DNA of 42,469 nt from Fistulifera solaris. Lineage: Eukaryota. The translations under genes were made by a program, and so were the position numbers. Positions within the stretch are counted from its first letter, which is position 1; the number at the start of each line of letters is the position of its first letter. The stretch spans positions 806,001 through 848,469 of the forward strand of contig AP026152.1 of assembly GCA_030295235.1 (NCBI GenBank), in the 5' to 3' direction. Positions 34,852 through 42,469 of this stretch are shown one piece after another. Under the pieces are notes generated by a model. It had not been told where the DNA came from. It did not search any database and saw only the letters and a program-made list of their open reading frames with translations.

Positions 34852-36612
34852 GTTATTCTTTAGCGTTTACAAGTAAATCTCTATAGTGTTCAGTTTCATT
34901 CAATCGGTGAACTAAATCGAGCACTTGCAGACGACAGCCTCATTTATAACGAACTTAGTAGTAATTGATATGAAGAGGACAGGCGAGTACTGTACCATAT
35001 ACCGCGAATGATTTGACAGATCGAATAAAAACAAATAAGTCTATAAAATGGATGACCACTTTTTGAAGTCGTTTTTCGTTGAACAGCAGCAGAAACCAAG
35101 CATTATTTCCCTAGCTGAATACCGAACAAAAAGTGCGGGTAAGAAAATCAATGCTCGTCATGGTGGATTGTTGTAATGAGTACAAAATAGAATATCGGTC
35201 ACCTATCCGGCCAACAACAATTTCAGCTAAAAACACAACCGCGCAACGATTCGAGTGCTGCTGTGAATGAGCGAAAAGTCAACCATAGGATCGCCAAGGA
35301 TATGCCAACTACCAGTAACACTCGGTCGACTTGATAGAAATTTCGCATCCGAAAGCCCTTCTCAATCATTCGGTACCAAACCAATTCGATGACGTGCCCA
35401 GCCGCAGATGTCGCCTATAGTCCAAACGGATTGTCTCCTCATCCTTTTCCGCCAAAGCATCTTAAAACAAGATTCCGCTCGTCTTCCCTTCTCATTATCG
35501 ACAAGATCGTAAAGCTAAGAGCCTTGGTAATGATAGTTACCTCGGTTAATGAACAAATCGCCCACCTTCAACCGAGTTGATACATGCGCGAAAAAAATTT
35601 GATGCATGTGATCAGCAAGTTCCGAAAAGCTATGAGTCGATACTCCAGTTGCCAGCGCCTTTTCCACAAGTGTTGCTGAGAACTGAAAATCAACAGTCTG
35701 CGAGCGGTAAATTGACCCGGAAGAAAGTTGTTGGTCCTCTTGCGAAAATTTCCCATTCTAATGAAACCAAGTCTTGACTGATACTCTCTTTTTCAAAGCA
35801 AGCTTTCCGCAAAACGTAAATTGAAGTGTTCGTAGCTGTAAAATGCGAAGTAGAAGCAACCAACTAACATAGGTCCTCGCAATTTACGGTACCGTAGCTG
35901 GATAATCATGCGTTTCGACATATCGGTGTCCAAGTCTTCCCTAATTCTATGCAAAAAAGATCAATAATGCAGATTGTTAACTGAATTGTCAATAATAGCA
36001 ACAAACGTTATTGCTGTAGTTGATTGTAAAAACGCATATGGTATAAAAAACGCAACAGGCAACTCTTTACTCGTGACTCCCGAGTCACATTTACAGCGAC
36101 CGCTCGCGTCTTTCGCATAACAAAAAAAAGAAAAAAAACGCAAATAAAAGCAGCTCGAAGTCATGCAATGATCAACAATAAAACTTATTTCATCTGACAG
36201 AGAAGAAGCAATTAGATTTATTAATGCTGCGATTAAGCGAACAGAGATTATTCCCGCTTTATTTCTGCAGGTTAAAACGAAGCCTTCATTTGCTGGGGAT
36301 ATTACTGTTGGAGAAAATCCAGTACCGGTCGTGACTGAAAAAGCGACTCCCGGTCGGGCGAAACTAGCAGAGGGCCTTGAGCATCTAAGTCCTCGTACAG
36401 TCGGCGATATTGGCGAGTCAAGTAAAAGCGGTAACGTGGGCTGATCGAGTGGCAGGGAGAGGAATGACCAAAGGCACGTCCTAATCAATGAACTCATTGA
36501 TTCGGGGATGAATCCAGTAGACAGTAACAACTAAGACTAAGAAAGGACAAGAAAAAGACTATTGATCTACCTATTCACTATAACAAGCTCGGAGCTTAAT
36601 TGATCTACAAGT

Positions 36613-39600
36613 TGTGACAAATTATATTTAGTTCTGGTCATGAGTATTCGGGACTCCTAGTGTGTGTGGAGTGTACTTACTGTCTTTGTGATAGTGAGTT
36701 TGTGTATCCGGTACTCATGGTATCTTTTGGGGTTCGCTTCCGCACACGTCATCGGAAGTTTGGTGCATGCGCAAGTTCTTCTCTTGACACGTCGCAGAGG
36801 TGTGCGTAGTGTGTGGTATAGTGTTCTACGTGACGTATAAGTTGGTACCAGAGCTAAGGAAGTTATGTTTAAGTCTACGACGGCATAGTACTGGTCAAGT
36901 GTCGACGTCGACAAGATTTGGTTCAAGATCACAAGATCTTGACTTCATTTCCGCCCTCGTTTTTGCAGTCTCACATGAATAACAATAGTGAATTTGGTTT
37001 GCCTCGACTTTCCTTGTTAAGCTCTATTCTATCGCATCTTGTCTCTTGAAGACAAGCTTTCTTTCAGTCTCGCTTATTGTTTTGAAGATTCGTTTCGGGT
37101 GAGCTATCTGTGCGCTCCCGGAATTTGTCAGATTAACAGTCGCAGTTTCGCTTTCAAGTTTCGCTTTCCGTCCCGCCATGGTTCTCTCTCGAGCTCAATC
37201 GCGGGCGCTTTCAACCACGTGATGGACAATGTCCTTGGCCGTGGTGATGATTCTACTCTTAAGCAAGCGTTGGTGTCCGCAGGGTTTCTGGACATCTACT
37301 TGCTCCTCGAGTTACGTCCTTTGGACATCGGAAGTCTTGAGTTTCGCAACGAAGCCGGCGAAAACCTCCCAGTCGCTCGTGGTGATAAGACTTTGTTGTA
37401 TGCCTTCCTCGAGTTTGTGTCTCATCGTGGTCGTTCTGGTGACCCGATCGATGACTGGTTGGCGGTCACTGAAGACGGGTTCAATGAGTTCCGCCTAAGC
37501 CCGAGCAGCGTTTTTGATCGCAACAACCTCGAGGCCCCCGGGGTTCCTGTTCCCCCTCCTGTTGCACCCCGTGCGCAGGGAATGTCGCCATAGCTCTTTT
37601 CAAGCGTGGTATCAAACGTGATCCTTCTCTCTTTCCTACTCTCAAGGACGAGAGCTTCAACGACGCCCTGGCATCGTTCTTTTGTCAATCAGGCCCGAGC
37701 TCAAGATGTGGAAGAGGTGCTCAACGAGGATTATGCCCCTACTACTGAAGGCGAAGAGAGTTGTTCGACCGAAAAACAGAAGTTTCTCTCGCCCGTCTTG
37801 GAGAGTAAGGTGCTTACGGACCAAGGAAAAGCCCTTATTCAGCGACCTCACGAAGACACAGCGTTGAAGCGCCATCACCTACAGTCTACCAAGGCCCAGA
37901 TGGATTCGACAGCGATTCTATCCTACATTACTTCCGTTCGTTATGGAGAAGGTCATGCGTGGAGGTACTGCATCTGGATTAGGTGCATGATTGGATTGAG
38001 CAAGTTCGTCGTTATGAGCACATGTCCGGTGACCCCTTTTCCGATAAGCACAAGTGAATCCTACTTGAGAATGCTGTTAGTACTGTCGCTGAGTTCCGTC
38101 AGGTCAAAACTAGTGCTGATTTGGAGTTGACCAAGAATGGAGCGGAGTTAACTTTCGAGCAGTACTGCGCTCTCTTGATTTCCCGCTGTGTCTCAATTGA
38201 AGAACAAGCCAAAGCGCCAAGTCTCGCGTCGGTACTGTTAACTTCCATGAGACTTATGCTTCCGATTTCTATGATGAGGCCGGTACTGGGGAAGTTGACC
38301 TTTCTGGTTATCTTGTGGACTCCGATGTTCCTGTTTCTGAGTGGCAAGTTAATGCTACTGACCGGCGTTCTGTTGGATTCCGTGGTTCTCCTTCAACTGG
38401 GTCTGCTCCTAGAGCGAATGCCGCGCGAGCGTTGGTTCCAGTTGAAGGCGATGGCCAGCGTCAAATTTGGGATTCTTTGGGGATCGCGATAAGGCCATCA
38501 TTCTTGGTTTGCTTTCCGCTCCCGGACGTGATGTCAATGGCGGAAATCGTGACCGCATTCCATGACTCAGACCGGTCGTCCGTCCATCCTCCGTCGAGCG
38601 GTGCAGTTTCACGACCTTGACCCTACTCGCATCTCACGACTCTTCCCCTCTGGAACCTACTGAAGAGTTTCATGATGCTGCTCAAGATCCTCAAGTGCCG
38701 TGCTTGATGGTGAGTCTACCGTGCTTGTGAATGCCGCTCGCTCTAGTTCTACTCTGGCCCGCACGATATTAGGTAAGCCTTCTGTCTCGTTCTTTGCAGA
38801 ACAATTCAAGTCGTCAAGTTAACACTTTGATGACGTATCGCGTGTCCCTTCAACACGTTTCTCCTGTGGATTCGCTACTTTCGATCGCGGTGCCAACGGT
38901 GGTGTTGCCGGCTGTGGCGTCCGGAGTCATTCACAAGGATTTTCCCCATCGGCGTGTCAACATTCAAGGCATCGACAACCATCAGATGACCGATCTTGAA
39001 CTTCCGGTACTGTTGGCGGCGTAGTCGCGCCGCAACGGACCGGTCATAGCTGTTTTCAACCAGTACGCGTTGTATGGAAAAGGCCCTACCATTCAAAGCA
39101 CTACGGACAGTTGGAGCACTTCAAGAGCGTTGTCGATGACAAGTCTATCCGCGTGGGGCGGGCGGCAGTGCATCGCGACTCTCGGCGGTTACGTGATCCC
39201 TCTTCAAGTTCAACAGGGACTCGCTCGCCTTCCTATTTGTCCGTTTACCCGGCGACGAATGGCGTTCTCTCCCGCCGCGTCATTATGACGAGCTTTCTCG
39301 ATTGGGATCCTTCTGTTCACCGATCATGCTAACGATCAAGATGATTGGTTCCGATCGCGTCAGCGTACGCTTCGATCTTGAAGATCCTCGTCCCCTCTTT
39401 GACGAATTCGGCGACTACCATCGCGGGGATAGTATGGACATCGAAGATAAACCCGTTTTTGCCCACGTCACCCTTCCTCCGATCTTTCCGGCCCTTGGCG
39501 AAATCATCGAGTTAAGCCACGAACCTTACGGTAATGAGCCCGCCGCTTTCCAGGCTATTGCCCGCCACTTCGAGGTCTACAACAACGAATTTGTGGCACA

Positions 39601-40086
39601 AGGCCATGTTGATGGCGACGACGTGACTGGACCACCCGTGAAAGCCCTTCCCGTCCATACGTACTATTCAGCGCCAAGACCGGATCTAGGTCGACCGTCC
39701 TTACTTTGGCTGGATTTCCAACGATCTGATCAAGAAGACGCTTGAAAATACCACCCAGTATGCTCGCCTTCCTCTCCCTGGAAGCACTCTTCTCAAGCGC
39801 GCCTTCAAGTCTTCAAATCAGGCTCACAATGTTCATCGCCATTCCGAAGCCGTCGGCGTGTGATATCGTCTCGCCAATACACCGGCTATTGACAATGGGT
39901 CCAAGTCTGCCGTTATCTTTGTTGGCTATGATACCATGGTTACCAATGTTTATGGTATCAAGACGGATAGCCAGTTCATTCGGACCTTGGAAGACAATAT
40001 TCGCGAGCGGGGAGCTAACTTCGTCTCCTTAGCGATCGCGCCCAAGTTTTGATCAACAGCGCGGTTCAAGGCGATTCTTAAGTACT
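36613..40086 (+). mobile_element. Degenerate, 3'-truncated Ty1/copia (CoDi-like) LTR retrotransposon: putative 5' LTR, gag, protease, N-terminal part of integrase
   Basis: Gag-like AFNHVMDNVLG and FKRGIKRDPSLFPTLKDE (~37599). Protease DRGANGGVAG (38883). Integrase-like TPAIDNGSKSAVIFVG..FIRTLEDNIRERGA..LSDRAQV (39880-40050). PR-IN order indicates copia; many frameshifts. The LTR start (TGTGACA, 36613) is a guess because no 3' LTR is present. Confidence 0.85.
36843..36854 (+). other. Candidate primer-binding site (initiator tRNA-Met-like)
   Basis: TGGTACCAGAGC is one mismatch from the common TGGTATCAGAGC PBS, but it is not directly preceded by CA. Confidence 0.35.
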
Positions 40087-41520
40087 TTAGGGTTAGGAAT
40101 TTGGAAATTGGGATCACGGAACTTGGAACATGGAAAAAGGAACTTAGAACTAGGTAAATAGGAAGCTGGAACCAGTAGCGAGGGAGTAAGGAAGATGGAA
40201 GTGAAGGAAATAATGAAAATAAGGGAAAATATAAAAGGTGACGGAAAATGCAAATCAAACTATCTTTTTTTATTTTGTGGTGCAACAGAGACAATTGCAG
40301 TTCTGCGTGGAGTGCGTTCGGGTCCTTTTAAGCAGACTTTGATCAATGTTGTACCAACATGAGCGGTGTCCTCTTTGTAGATTTGCTGGGTGTGATGGTA
40401 GAGCTTTGTTGTAGTGAGTTGGACCACCCGAAGCATCATTCACGGAAGGCGATTCCTTGTAGTGCATCCAAAACAAGCTTGGCAGCAATTGTCAATGTCG
40501 GGGAGCATCGTGACAAACTTTGGGGCATTGCTTTTCAAAGGCCATGGTTCTCCAGCGGGCCTGACCATGAAGTGGTGCTTTGGACGTGGAAAGTAGAACT
40601 TGGCGGTAATGGCGCCCGCGGGTTGCCATTACCTTGGCGGCGATTTGGTTAGATTTTCATCGAGTTGTGAAGTCGGAAAGATTACCATGTGTGAAGGCAC
40701 AAAAAATGTGTCCTTTTTGAGTACTCCGAAAGCATTCCTGGTAAGCTCATTTCAATTTCAACGACCTGAATCAAATCTTCATATTATAAAAGGACCTGGT
40801 GTGGAGTTTTGTGGGAAGATTGGCATTACAACCACCGAAAAAATGATTTGGGAAAATGGATGAAGGGATGACACAAAGGGTAAAAGTGCATAAAACGACG
40901 GCTTTTAGTCAGAATCGCATCGCGATTTCTTTGCAATATACATTCAATAATATTTAGCAATCCGATGGAGAAAGTTTGAATTGAATAAAAAGTGATTTGA
41001 TTGACTTATAGCCTTTTGAAGTTTGGACGGGGCACAAAAACCTGATGCCCGTTCTTTCGCTCATATCGTTTTCGTACGTTGTCGGATAACATCCGAAATA
41101 CAACAGAAAGCTCTGCGGCGAAGAGAAGGTGCTGTGAGCATGTTGAACGGGGAAAAAAGATTGACTTTTGATAAAGTTGTGTCACATGAAACTTTTATTG
41201 TTGAGTGATTGGTTCTCAGAAAGAACTCTCAAAAAGGGGCGGAGACGCATCTTTTGGCTATTCGGATGCCGCGACACAATTTTGGACATTTGTTCCCAAA
41301 TCAGGTATTGTGACACAATGTGTTGACTTTTCCTGCAAAATTTGCATTTTTGACATGCTCAGCGGTGATTTCGGAGGGTGTTGTGACATTATCTTTTACC
41401 TAACTACTACTAACTATGTCCTACTAGGTAAATAAATAATTAACTAAATAATTAAATGGAAATGATGATGGTATATAGTACTGTCCGAAGGACAGAGAAA
41501 TAACCTCGACTGGTTAAGGG
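40087..41520. repeat. Telomere-associated repeat unit, copy 1 (1434 bp), beginning with TTAGGGTTAGG
   Basis: 40087-40633 is near-identical to 41521-42064; the unit ends in ttaaggg before the next copy. Confidence 0.88.
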
Positions 41521-42064
41521 TTAGGGTTAGGAATTTGGAAATTGGGATCACGGAACTTGGAACATGGAAAAAGGAACTTAGAACTAGGTAAATAGGAAGC
41601 TGGAACCAGTAGCGAGGGAGTAAGGAAGATGGAAGTGAAGGAAATGATGAAAATAAGGGAAAATATAAAAGGTGGCCGGAAAATGCAAATCAAACTATCT
41701 TTTTTTATTTTGTGGTGCAACAGAGACAATTGCAGTTCTCGCGTGGAGTGCGTTCGGGTCCTTTTAGCAGACTTTGATCAATGTTGTACCAACATGAGCA
41801 GTGTCCTCTTTGTAGATTTGCTGGGTGTGATGCGTGAGAGCTTTGTTGTAGTGAGTTGGACCACCCGAAGCATCATTCACGGGCCGATTCCTTGTAGTGC
41901 ATCCAAAACAAGCTTGGCAGCAATTGTCAATGTCGGGAGCATCGTGACAAACTTTGGGGCATTGCTTTTCAAAGGCCATGGTTCTCCAGCGGGCCTGACC
42001 ATGAAGTGGTGCTTTGGGCGTGGAAAGTAGAACTTGGCGGTAATGGTGCACGGGTTGCCATTAC
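41521..42064. repeat. Telomere-associated repeat unit, copy 2 (short), beginning with TTAGGGTTAGG
   Basis: Same start as copy 1. Homology stops at 42064, followed by ~69 bp of unrelated sequence and then the telomere. Confidence 0.88.
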
Positions 42065-42133
42065 AGCGAAAGATACCAGCAGGGGCTTGCATCAATGCCT
42101 CCTGAAATGCCTCACGGAACGAGTTCTGATTTG

Positions 42134-42469
42134 TTAGGGTTAGGGTTAGGGTTAGGGTTAGGGTTAGGGTTAGGGTTAGGGTTAGGGTTAGGGTTAGGGT
42201 TAGGGTTAGGGTTAGGGTTAGGGTTAGGGTTAGGGTTGGGGTTAGGGTTAGGGGTTAGGGTTAGGGTTAGGGTTAGGGTTAGGGTTAGGGTTAGGGGTTA
42301 GGGTTAGGGTTAGGGTTGGGGTTGGGGTTAGGGTTAGGGTTAGGGTTGGGGTTTGAGGGTTGGGGTTAGGGTTAGGGTTGGGGTTGGGGTTAGGGTTAGG
42401 GTTAGGGTTAGGGTTAGGGTTAGGGTTAGGGTTAGGGTTAGGGTTAGGAGTTAGGGTTAGGGTTAGGGT
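42134..42469 (+). repeat. Telomere (TTAGGG)n
   Basis: Tandem TTAGGG to the window end, G-rich strand pointing outward, with occasional TTGGGG/TTAGGGG variants distally. Confidence 0.98.

Noticed and set aside
35961..36530. 189-aa minus-strand ORF upstream of the retrotransposon
   Set aside because: Non-ATG start, no recognisable motif, and a stop-bounded open stretch also exists on the plus strand; coding status cannot be supported
40087..42133. Hammerhead ribozyme or RT ORF expected of a Penelope-like element
   Set aside because: No CTGAnGA core with matching GAAA and no RT motifs were found by eye on either strand
42095..42301. ORF with LG/VR dipeptide repeats
   Set aside because: It is simply a translation of (TTAGGG)n
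42236..42469. TTGGGG/TTAGGGG variant telomere repeats as evidence of an error-prone telomerase
   Set aside because: Variants are concentrated at the contig end, where coverage and base-calling in G-runs are least reliable

Overview
Eukaryotic chromosome end, most likely from a pennate diatom. This is inferred from an Lhcx/LI818-type antenna gene, a CoDi-like Ty1/copia element, short GT-AG introns and a (TTAGGG)n telomere at 42134-42469. The first ~35 kb is a gene-dense subtelomeric region rich in local paralogue pairs: a coiled-coil hypothetical pair, a large hypothetical pair, two MYND-finger genes, two LQGFCxP membrane proteins and two GT49-containing multidomain glycosyltransferases. It also holds an alpha/beta hydrolase, a CE4 deacetylase, a signal-peptide beta-barrel-like gene and Lhcx. 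Many genes carry frameshifts; several are single-base homopolymer indels that are probably sequencing errors, while others look like real decay. Non-coding highlights: (1) a 364-bp tandem array that is a higher-order repeat of seven ~52-bp monomers carrying phased palindromic CAGAnnTTCTG sites; (2) two small dispersed palindromic repeat families; (3) a copia element cut inside its integrase exactly at a telomere seed, followed by two head-to-tail telomere-anchored units resembling telomere-primed retrotransposition or repeated chromosome healing. Both glycosyltransferase paralogues share the same -1 frame break (CCT TTT TGA TG). All homology calls come from motif recognition by eye; no searches were run.
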